This document shows, one piece after another, positions 57,232 through 64,000 of a stretch of 64,000 nt of DNA. The DNA is taken from NCBI GenBank assembly GCA_046091245.1, contig JBJTBK010000052.1, positions 28 to 64,027 of the forward strand, read 5' to 3'. Below the pieces are notes generated by a model that was not told where the DNA came from, did no database searches, and saw only the letters and a program-made list of their open reading frames with translations. How positions within the stretch are numbered: position 1 is the first letter of the stretch; the number at the start of each line of letters is the position of its first letter. The translations under genes were made by a program, and so were the position numbers. The stretch is from Nevskiaceae bacterium (lineage in GTDB: Bacteria > Pseudomonadota > Gammaproteobacteria > Steroidobacterales > Steroidobacteraceae).

Positions 57232-58085
57232 TGCTGCTGAATATCGCTACGTGCCGGCCGTTGCCAGAACCCGACGTCGACGAAGAGTTGCTGCTCGCGG
57301 CTTTGCAGGCGGCGGACATTGATGCACGCATGGTTGCATGGGATGACGCTGCAGCGTGGCGCAATCGGCTACCGACGCTTGTGCGCTCCACTTGGAACTA
57401 CATTCACGCGCCTGATGTCTTTGCCGCGTGGGTACACAAGGTTGCAGTGGCTGCTCCGTTATGGAATTCCGCGCCCGTGCTGCTCGGGAATCTGCACAAG
57501 CGATATCTCCTCGAACTCGCCGCTCGCGGCGTACCGGTAACGCCCACGGAGTTGCTGACACGAGGTTGGAGCGGCTCCTTGTGTGAGCTGTGTAGCCGCC
57601 GCGGGTGGCACGACGTCGTGGTGAAGCCTGCCGTGGGCGCTGCGTCCTTCGAGACCTATCGATTTACGAGTCTCGATGCTGAGCTGGATGCGCAGACTCG
57701 CGCTTTCGCGACGCAGCGCGATCTGCTTGTTCAGCCTTATCTGTCCTCGGTCGAGGATTACGGCGAGCGCGCTCTGGTGTGGATCGATGGCGAGTTCACT
57801 CACGCCGTGCGCAAGACGCCGCGCTTTGCGGGCGGCGCTGAAGTGGTATCGGAAGCTATTGGCCTATCAGCGGCCGAGCGAGCCCTCGGTACGACGGCAC
57901 TTGCGCCTTTCGCAGCAGACTTGCTCTATGCCCGAGTCGATGTGGCGCCCGGCTTGGATGGGCATCCGGTGGTCATGGAACTCGAGTTGATCGAACCCTC
58001 GTTGTTCTTGTTGCAGAGTCCGCAAGCACTTCAGCGTCTCGTGGTGGCCGTGCGCCGCAAGCTCGAACGCTGCCCGCTGCCCTGA
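57231..58085 (+). CDS. ATP-grasp domain protein (RimK/GSH-synthetase-like)
   Basis: Contains VVVKPAVGAASFETYRF, LVQPYLSSV and VMELELIEPSL. It has a 1-nt overlap with the CNNM stop. The track start at 57150 is over-extended. Confidence 0.65.
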   Translation: MLLNIATCRPLPEPDVDEELLLAALQAADIDARMVAWDDAAAWRNRLPTLVRSTWNYIHAPDVFAAWVHKVAVAAPLWNSAPVLLGNLHKRYLLELAARGVPVTPTELLTRGWSGSLCELCSRRGWHDVVVKPAVGAASFETYRFTSLDAELDAQTRAFATQRDLLVQPYLSSVEDYGERALVWIDGEFTHAVRKTPRFAGGAEVVSEAIGLSAAERALGTTALAPFAADLLYARVDVAPGLDGHPVVMELELIEPSLFLLQSPQALQRLVVAVRRKLERCPLP

Positions 58086-58091
58086 AGATCT

Positions 58092-58772
58092 CTACCCAAC
58101 GATCATCAGCGCCATATCCTCGGGCGAGTCTAAGCGTGTGCGTGACTCTAGCCCGCGACGCTGAAACACGACACACGGAGCCGAGTACTCGGACTCGTCG
58201 TGGATGGCGATCGGCAGCCCTGCGGCGTTGAGGCCGATCGCTTTCCATTCGGCCGCGAACGATCGCGGGGTGGCGCCGAGCGCTTGCCAGAAGCCCGCGC
58301 TGATTTCCGGTGCTGCCGACGGCAGACTCAAGGCCACGAATCGACCGAGTGTGCCGGTGGCGTCTTCCGCGCTGGGAGTGGGCGCACTCTGCACGGCTTG
58401 CGCCGCGGCGGGAGCATGCTGATGCGTGGCGCGCTCCAGCAAGGTCACCATGTGTCCCGCCGGATCACGGAAGCCGAATTCATTGAAGCAGTCTGGACCG
58501 GTCTTCGCAAAAGCGATCACGGCGCCGGCCTCACGGTAGCTCTCGAGCGCCTCGCTCAAGGCGGGGTGCACCGTGGTGAACGAGGGGGAGGGGAAGCGGT
58601 ACTGATGCAGGCCGATGATCAATTCGTCTGCGACCACCACGCCGTAGGGGTGGGGCCAGACGTCGAGCACGACGGCCTGACGAAAGCCCAGCAGGGTGTA
58701 AAAATGCAGCGACGCCTCGAGATCCGTGGTGCTGATGCTGATCTCGTGAAATTGACCGAGCGAAAGGCTCAC
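58092..58772 (-). CDS. Two-domain VOC/glyoxalase-fold protein
   Basis: Contains FHEISISTTDLEASLHFYTLLGF and a second VOC repeat. GTG at 58772 forms a GTGA overlap with the ptrB stop. Confidence 0.7.
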   Translation of the reverse strand: MSLSLGQFHEISISTTDLEASLHFYTLLGFRQAVVLDVWPHPYGVVVADELIIGLHQYRFPSPSFTTVHPALSEALESYREAGAVIAFAKTGPDCFNEFGFRDPAGHMVTLLERATHQHAPAAAQAVQSAPTPSAEDATGTLGRFVALSLPSAAPEISAGFWQALGATPRSFAAEWKAIGLNAAGLPIAIHDESEYSAPCVVFQRRGLESRTRLDSPEDMALMIVG

Positions 58773-60895
58773 GGCTTGATGCCAGCCTGCCAAAGAATGA
58801 AGGCGTATTCCTCAGCGACTTCCTGATAGCGCTCGTAGCGCCCGGATTTTCCGCCGTGACCCGCTTCCATATTCGTCCGCAGCAACAAGGGGTTGTCATC
58901 CGTTTTGACCGTGCGCAGCCGCGCCACCCACTTGGTCGGCTCCCAGTACTGCACCTGACTGTCCCACAGGCCGCTCGTCACCAGCATCGCCGGGTAGCGC
59001 TGTGCCTTGAGTTGATCGTAGGGCGAGTACGCCAGCATGTAGTCGTGGGTGGCCTTGTTCGAAGCGGGGTTACCCCACTCGTCAAACTCGTTGGTGGTCA
59101 ACGGAATGCTCTCATCGAGCATTGTCGTCATGACGTCGACGAAGGGGACGTGGGCCACTACGCCTTTGTAGAGCTCGGGAGCCATGTTGACAATGCCTCC
59201 CATCAACAAGCCGCCCGCGCTGCCACCCATGGCAAACACCCGAGACGGATCTGCAACTTTTTCCTTGACGAGATAGCGGGTGACATCAATGAAATCGTTG
59301 AATGAGTTCAGCTTGTTCTGCAGACGGCCTTGCTCGTACCACTGGCGGCCCATCTCTTGTCCGCCACGAATGTGCGCGATGGCATATACGAAGCCCCGAT
59401 CGACGAGCGAGAGCACCGTGGTGCGAAAGGTCGGGTCGGTGGAGTAACCATAGGATCCGTAAGCGTACTGGTACAACGGAGCGGTCCCGTCGAGCGGCGT
59501 CCCCTTGCGGTAGAAGAGCGTCACGGGGACTCGCGTGCCGTCCCGAGCCGTCACGAAACGAAATTCTGCAGTGTAATTGCGGCTGTCGAAGGAGCCGAGC
59601 ACGGGCTCTTGTTTGAGCAGCGTGCGCTGCCCGGTGCGCATGTCGTAGTCGTAGGTGGTCGATGGCGTCGTCGGCGAGGTATAGACGTAGCGCAACAGGG
59701 GGCTCTGCTGCTCGGTGTTATTGCCGATCGCCATGGTGTACGCCGCATCGGCGGCGTCCATCAAGAAGTTGCGAGCGCCATCCCAGCTGCGTACGCGCAG
59801 TTTTTGCAGGCCTCCGGAACGCTCCGAAACAGCGAGAAAGCTGTCGAAGGTTTCGAAGCTGTCGATGAATGCATCGTTGCGGTGCGCGATCACGTCTTTC
59901 CAACTGTTGCGATCCTGCACGGTCGCGATTGGCGACTCGACTATGCGGAAGTTTTGTGCCTTCCAATTGCTGCGGATGATGAATCGATCGCCGAGATCCT
60001 CGAGCTGGTACTCGTGGTCGCGTTCGCGCGGCAACGCCACCTTGAACATGAACTGCGGGTCATTCGCATCGGCGTAGCGATACTCGCTCGACACGGTGCT
60101 CTGCGAGACGATGTAAATGAACCGATCGGACTTCGACTTGCCGAGCCCCATGTAGAAGCTTTCGTCTTCCTGAGTGTAGACGAGACGGTCAGCGTCCGTG
60201 GCGGTACCCCGTTGATGGCGATACACCTGATTGCCCAGCAGGGTCTGCGGATCTTTGCGAATGTAGAACAGTGTGGCGTTGTCGTTGCCCCACGCGAGGC
60301 TGGCCTCGGCGTTGGTGATCATCGCCGGCAGGTATTGACCACTCTGCATGTCCTTGATGCGGATGCTGTACTGGCGACGACCGACGGTATCTTCGGCGAT
60401 TGCGATCCAGCGTCCGTCCGGACTTACTTCGGTGTTGGCGATTTGGTAGAACGCGTGGCCGATAGCGTTTGTGTTGCCATCGACGATGACTTCCTCCGCG
60501 GCATCCATCGAACCCTTGCGGCGCGCATAGATGGGGTACTGCTTGCCGGTCTCGTAGCGTGAGTAGTTCCAGTAACCGTTCTTGCGTTGCGGGACGCTCG
60601 AGTCGTCCTGTTTCAATCGGCCGATGATCTCGTTGTAGAGCTTTTCCTGCGCGGCGCGCTGCGGCGCCATGACGGCGGCCATGTAGGCATTCTCCGCCTC
60701 GAGGTAGGCCAACATGTCTTTGTCAGTGCGCTGATCATCGCGCAGCCAGTACCAGGGGTCCTCGCGTTTACCGAATGGCGAGATCACCGTGAATGGGCGT
60801 TGATCGGCGCGCGGGGGTGTGGGGCCACCACCCGTTGCCGTGGTGGCGGTGATCATGAGCGAGATTGCCAGCAGCAGAGAGAAGATTCGAGACAT
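58769..60895 (-). CDS. ptrB: S9A serine peptidase, oligopeptidase B (protease II) type, with signal peptide
   Basis: The 708 aa product has a beta-propeller N-terminal part and a catalytic GGSAGGLLMG, with Asp/His downstream (EAGHGG). Confidence 0.85.
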   Translation of the reverse strand: MSRIFSLLLAISLMITATTATGGGPTPPRADQRPFTVISPFGKREDPWYWLRDDQRTDKDMLAYLEAENAYMAAVMAPQRAAQEKLYNEIIGRLKQDDSSVPQRKNGYWNYSRYETGKQYPIYARRKGSMDAAEEVIVDGNTNAIGHAFYQIANTEVSPDGRWIAIAEDTVGRRQYSIRIKDMQSGQYLPAMITNAEASLAWGNDNATLFYIRKDPQTLLGNQVYRHQRGTATDADRLVYTQEDESFYMGLGKSKSDRFIYIVSQSTVSSEYRYADANDPQFMFKVALPRERDHEYQLEDLGDRFIIRSNWKAQNFRIVESPIATVQDRNSWKDVIAHRNDAFIDSFETFDSFLAVSERSGGLQKLRVRSWDGARNFLMDAADAAYTMAIGNNTEQQSPLLRYVYTSPTTPSTTYDYDMRTGQRTLLKQEPVLGSFDSRNYTAEFRFVTARDGTRVPVTLFYRKGTPLDGTAPLYQYAYGSYGYSTDPTFRTTVLSLVDRGFVYAIAHIRGGQEMGRQWYEQGRLQNKLNSFNDFIDVTRYLVKEKVADPSRVFAMGGSAGGLLMGGIVNMAPELYKGVVAHVPFVDVMTTMLDESIPLTTNEFDEWGNPASNKATHDYMLAYSPYDQLKAQRYPAMLVTSGLWDSQVQYWEPTKWVARLRTVKTDDNPLLLRTNMEAGHGGKSGRYERYQEVAEEYAFILWQAGIKP

Positions 60896-60899
60896 GACT

Positions 60900-61922
60900 T
60901 CACGTAGCCTCCGTGGCGAGCACTTCCATGTGTTGTACGGTTTGATCGAATGAATCGCCGACGCCGATCATCAACGTCGTTACAGGCGAGCTCTTCCAGG
61001 CAGCGAGCCGTTGCCGCAGGTTGTCACGGCTGCCGTTGACCGACAAGGCGTCGGCCAACTCGTCGGGCACGGCGAGCACGGCTTCCTTCTGTCGGCCCGA
61101 CAGCCATAGGTCCTGAATTTGCTGAGCGACCGCGGCATAACCCGCCCGCTCGATGACCCGCTTGTGGAAGTTGTCTTCTTTGGAGCCCATGCCGCCCACA
61201 TAGAGTGCGAGCATTTTTTTGATCGGCAGTAGCGCTAGTGCCGGATCAGTCTGTAGTGAAAACGACACCGACTGCACGATCTCGAACCCTGCGCGTCGCT
61301 GGTCGATCGTATCGCCGTAGATGTCAAAGCGATCGGGGGGAATCAGGAACGGAAACCAGCCGTCGCACTCCGTCACGGCGAGAGCGACGTTCTTGGGGCC
61401 CTCCGCCCCCAGCAGCACAGGCACATGCTTGCGCAGCGGATGCGTGATGCTCATCAAGGGCTTGCCTTGTAGTGTCGATCCCTCGCCCCGATAGGGCAGC
61501 TGGTATTGCGCGCCTTCAAAACTCAACGGCTGCTCGCGAGCGAGGATTTGACGAAAAATCGCCAGCCACTCGCGTGTTCGCTCCAAAGGTTTCTTGAAGG
61601 GCTGTCCGTACCAACCTTCGACGACCTGCGGGCCCGACACACCGATACCGAGGCTGAGTCGGCCATGACTCAGGTGATCGAGCGTCAGCGCGGTCATGGC
61701 GGCGCAGGCCGGCGTGCGCGCCGAGATCTGCATGATCGCCGTGCCGAGGCGGATGCGTGAGGTGTGCGTGGCGATGGCCGCGAGCGGGGTGAACACATCG
61801 GAGCCATAGGCTTCTGCCGTGCACACGATATCGAAACCGAGACGCTCGGCGATCTGCGCCAACTCGATGAATCGATCGACCGGCTTGCTGCCCCAGTAGC
61901 CGAGATTCAAACCGAGTTTCAT
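60900..61922 (-). CDS. Luciferase-like monooxygenase (LLM-class, F420/FMN-dependent oxidoreductase type)
   Basis: Start is MKLGLNLGYWGSKPVDRFIELAQIAERLGFD. It has an ATGA overlap with the upstream MFS stop. The 725-aa track ORF 60900..63077 is a read-through artefact. Confidence 0.8.
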   Translation of the reverse strand: MKLGLNLGYWGSKPVDRFIELAQIAERLGFDIVCTAEAYGSDVFTPLAAIATHTSRIRLGTAIMQISARTPACAAMTALTLDHLSHGRLSLGIGVSGPQVVEGWYGQPFKKPLERTREWLAIFRQILAREQPLSFEGAQYQLPYRGEGSTLQGKPLMSITHPLRKHVPVLLGAEGPKNVALAVTECDGWFPFLIPPDRFDIYGDTIDQRRAGFEIVQSVSFSLQTDPALALLPIKKMLALYVGGMGSKEDNFHKRVIERAGYAAVAQQIQDLWLSGRQKEAVLAVPDELADALSVNGSRDNLRQRLAAWKSSPVTTLMIGVGDSFDQTVQHMEVLATEAT

Positions 61923-63133
61923 ATGCCCTCCGCCGGCCGTGTTCGCATGAACCGATCGAGCAGCAGCACCGCTGCAACCGACACGAGCGACAGCGCCGCA
62001 CAGATGGCCAGCATCGGCACGGGCGTATCGATGGGCACGACACCCATCGCCTGTACGGTCAGTGCTGCAAATGCTTGCTGCGAGAAGCCGATGAGGCCGG
62101 AGGCCACCCCCGCATAGCCCGGCGCGAGGCGTACGGCGGTCGCCGTGACATGCGGCAAAGCGAGCCCCTGCGCGAAGGCCAGAGGCAGCATCGGCAAGAA
62201 CCACCAGATTGGCGCGGTGAAGCCGAACAGCACGAAGGCGAGCGCGGCGCAGGCCGTCACCGCCTGCAGTAGCGTGCCGAAGCGCGCCACTCGATCGAGT
62301 GCCGCATGGCCGCGCAGTCGCGACACATACAAATTGCCGAGAAAGTATCCCGACGACAGGAACAGCACATACAAACCAAACGTGGTCGCCGGTTGCCCGG
62401 TCATTTCCTTGACGATGTACGGCGCCGTGGAGATAAAGCCCAGATACAGCGCGTACATCACCCCTGCATCGATGACGCAGCCGAGGAAGGCGCGGTTGCG
62501 CACGAGATTCATCGAGGCGATGCCGAGCTCGCGGAATTGTCCGTCGGCTGAGCTTTTCGCACGGGTTTCCGGCAGGCTGCGGGAGGCGGCAACCGCGGTT
62601 ATCGTCGATAGTACGAGCAGCAGCACGAACGGCGCATGCCAGCCCATCGACTCGGTGATCAGGCCGCCGAGCCACGGGGATACCGACGTGCCGATCATCA
62701 TGCCGAGCGTCAGTTGGGCGAGTGCCCGCGACAATCGCCAGTCCTGATACAGATCGCCGAGGATGGCGCGCGCTACGGTGGCGTTCGCGGCGCAGCCGAT
62801 TGCCTGGATAGCCCGAGCGATGACCAGAACTTCGATCGTTGGTGCTACGGCGGCGAGCAATGAACCCACGATGAACACGGCGAGCCCACCGAGCAGCAGC
62901 GGTCGCCGGCCATAGCGGTCGGACAAAGGTCCGGCGAGCGGGATGCCGATGGCGAAGGTGAGCAGGAAGACGCTGATGATGGGCTGCGTGGCAACCATCG
63001 TTGCGCCGAACTCGTCGCGAATGATCGGCAACGCCGGAATCAGCATCAACGTCGAGACCGGGCCGATCGCGCTGCACGCGGCAAGCAGCAGCAGCAAACC
63101 GACCCGCTTCGGTTCTGGGGTCGTGTCGGTCAC
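61919..63133 (-). CDS. MFS multidrug efflux transporter (Bcr/CflA-like)
   Basis: Has 12 TM helices and the GPLSDRYGRRPLLL motif. Confidence 0.8.
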   Translation of the reverse strand: MTDTTPEPKRVGLLLLLAACSAIGPVSTLMLIPALPIIRDEFGATMVATQPIISVFLLTFAIGIPLAGPLSDRYGRRPLLLGGLAVFIVGSLLAAVAPTIEVLVIARAIQAIGCAANATVARAILGDLYQDWRLSRALAQLTLGMMIGTSVSPWLGGLITESMGWHAPFVLLLVLSTITAVAASRSLPETRAKSSADGQFRELGIASMNLVRNRAFLGCVIDAGVMYALYLGFISTAPYIVKEMTGQPATTFGLYVLFLSSGYFLGNLYVSRLRGHAALDRVARFGTLLQAVTACAALAFVLFGFTAPIWWFLPMLPLAFAQGLALPHVTATAVRLAPGYAGVASGLIGFSQQAFAALTVQAMGVVPIDTPVPMLAICAALSLVSVAAVLLLDRFMRTRPAEGI

Positions 63134-64000
63134 CCGGTTAAGCCGCCCACGCAGACATATTTCATCTCCGTGTATTCGTCGATGCCGTAGCGCGACCCTT
63201 CGCGGCCGAGACCTGATTCCTTCATGCCGCCGAACGGCGCGACCTCGGTCGAAATCAGGCCTGTGTTTACGCCGACCAGACCGTATTCGAGCGCTTCCTG
63301 CACGCGCCAGCTGCGTGCCAGATCACGGGTGAAGAAATAGGCTGCGAGGCCGAACTCCGTGTCGTTGGCGAGTCGGATCGCCTCGGCCTCGTTGTGGAAG
63401 CGAAACAGCGGCGCCACCGGCCCGAACGTCTCTTCGCGAGAGACGCGCATCTGCGGGGTGACATCGAGCAAGATGGTGGGTTCGAAGAACGTACCGCCGA
63501 GTGCGTGCGGCTTGCCGCCGGTGGCAATGCGCGCGCCTTGCGCCACGGCATCGGCGATGTGCGCCTGCACCTTGGCGAGCGCGCGCTGGTCAATCAATGG
63601 CCCCTGATCGGTCGGGCCGGCGAGACCGTCACCGACCCGCAATCCTGCAACGGCCACCGCAAGCTTGGCGGCAAACGCTTCGTAAACGGCCTCTTGCACG
63701 TACACGCGATTGGCGCAGACGCAGGTCTGCCCCGTGTTGCGGTACTTGCTCGCCATCAGTCCCTGTACAGCCGCATCGAGATCGGCATCGTCGAAGACGA
63801 TGAACGGCGCATTGCCGCCGAGTTCCATGGAGACTTTTTTCACGGTCCCGGCACAGGCGGCAATCAGTTTCTTGCCGACGGCGGTCGAGCCCGTGAAGCT
63901 CAACTTGCGTACCTGCGGATTGCCGGTGAGCTCGCCGCCGATCTGCTCGGCATCGCCGGTGACGACATTGAATACGCCGGGCGGCAGACCCGCGCGACTG
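63130..64000 (-). CDS. gabD: NAD(P)-dependent succinate-semialdehyde / aldehyde dehydrogenase; N-terminus off the window
   Basis: Contains FTGSTAVGK, the catalytic MELGGNAP and GQTCVCANR, and EETFGP. The frame stays open to position 64000. Confidence 0.85.
   Translation of the reverse strand, partial: SRAGLPPGVFNVVTGDAEQIGGELTGNPQVRKLSFTGSTAVGKKLIAACAGTVKKVSMELGGNAPFIVFDDADLDAAVQGLMASKYRNTGQTCVCANRVYVQEAVYEAFAAKLAVAVAGLRVGDGLAGPTDQGPLIDQRALAKVQAHIADAVAQGARIATGGKPHALGGTFFEPTILLDVTPQMRVSREETFGPVAPLFRFHNEAEAIRLANDTEFGLAAYFFTRDLARSWRVQEALEYGLVGVNTGLISTEVAPFGGMKESGLGREGSRYGIDEYTEMKYVCVGGLTG

Noticed and set aside
60900-61922. F420-type LLM oxidoreductase in a proteobacterium as evidence of unusual cofactor use.
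   Set aside because: The LLM fold cannot be assigned to F420 versus FMN from sequence by eye, and no F420 biosynthesis genes are in the window. It is not enough for a finding.
60900-63077. 725-aa ORF spanning the LLM gene and most of the MFS gene.
   Set aside because: It is an upstream in-frame extension through the Bcr-like MFS gene in a different frame, and the extension is Arg/Ala/Gly-rich nonsense. The real LLM start is MKLGLNLGYW at 61922, with an ATGA overlap.
1-64000. Search for tRNA/rRNA genes, CRISPR arrays, IS elements, integrases, toxin-antitoxin pairs or known defence genes.
   Set aside because: None were found by eye. Non-coding gaps are nearly all under 150 nt, there are no repeat-spacer periodicity and no transposase- or integrase-like ORFs, and composition is uniform apart from two short AT-rich promoter patches.

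Overview
High-GC (roughly mid-60s %) bacterial chromosomal segment, probably from a gammaproteobacterium (Nevskiales/Xanthomonadales-like; this is a guess from gene content). It is almost fully coding, with about 60 genes in tightly packed operons. Many junctions are 1- or 4-nt start/stop overlaps (TGATG, ATGA, GTGA). I used these overlaps to correct at least 15 starts that the longest-ORF track over-extends.

Recognisable content:
- IorAB-type molybdoenzyme. The large subunit runs off the 5' edge and is absent from the ORF track.
- A complete propionyl-CoA to succinyl-CoA cluster: scpA, meaB, pccB, pccA and a VOC-type epimerase.
- Single housekeeping genes: fadE, mdh, dinB, xth, gor, an ABC-F ATPase, oligopeptidase B, gabD, a TerC protein, and an FeS-type (6-4) photolyase.
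- A YtrA/GntR-ABC operon.
- A STAS-MlaE/MlaF/MCE/PqiC-like lipid transporter.
- Several MFS transporters.

I found no rRNA, tRNA, CRISPR array, IS element, integrase, phage gene or recognisable defence gene. This looks like core chromosome rather than an accessory island, and I cannot point to one compelling novel system.

The observations most worth a second look are:
1. A Tat-signal UbiD-family decarboxylase cut by an in-frame TAA exactly at the EGPFG[E/D] acidic residue.
2. An orphan consensus promoter plus intrinsic terminator that brackets a candidate sRNA of about 65 nt.
3. A single-chain FakA(N+middle)-DegV fusion co-transcribed with an orphan GspB-like gene. It sits divergent from a PPTase/rhombosortase pair in which the rhombosortase seems to lack TM1.
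4. A lipocalin-rhodanese lipoprotein fusion.
5. Three tightly coupled operons of unclear function: beta-CASP/SDR/TLC-like/NCS1/secreted; lipoprotein/DoxX/MFS/secreted; CDGSH plus Mla-like.
6. An unannotated 57-codon membrane smORF behind a palindromic operator in the YtrA operon.

All functional calls rest on motif recognition by eye. No database search was run.
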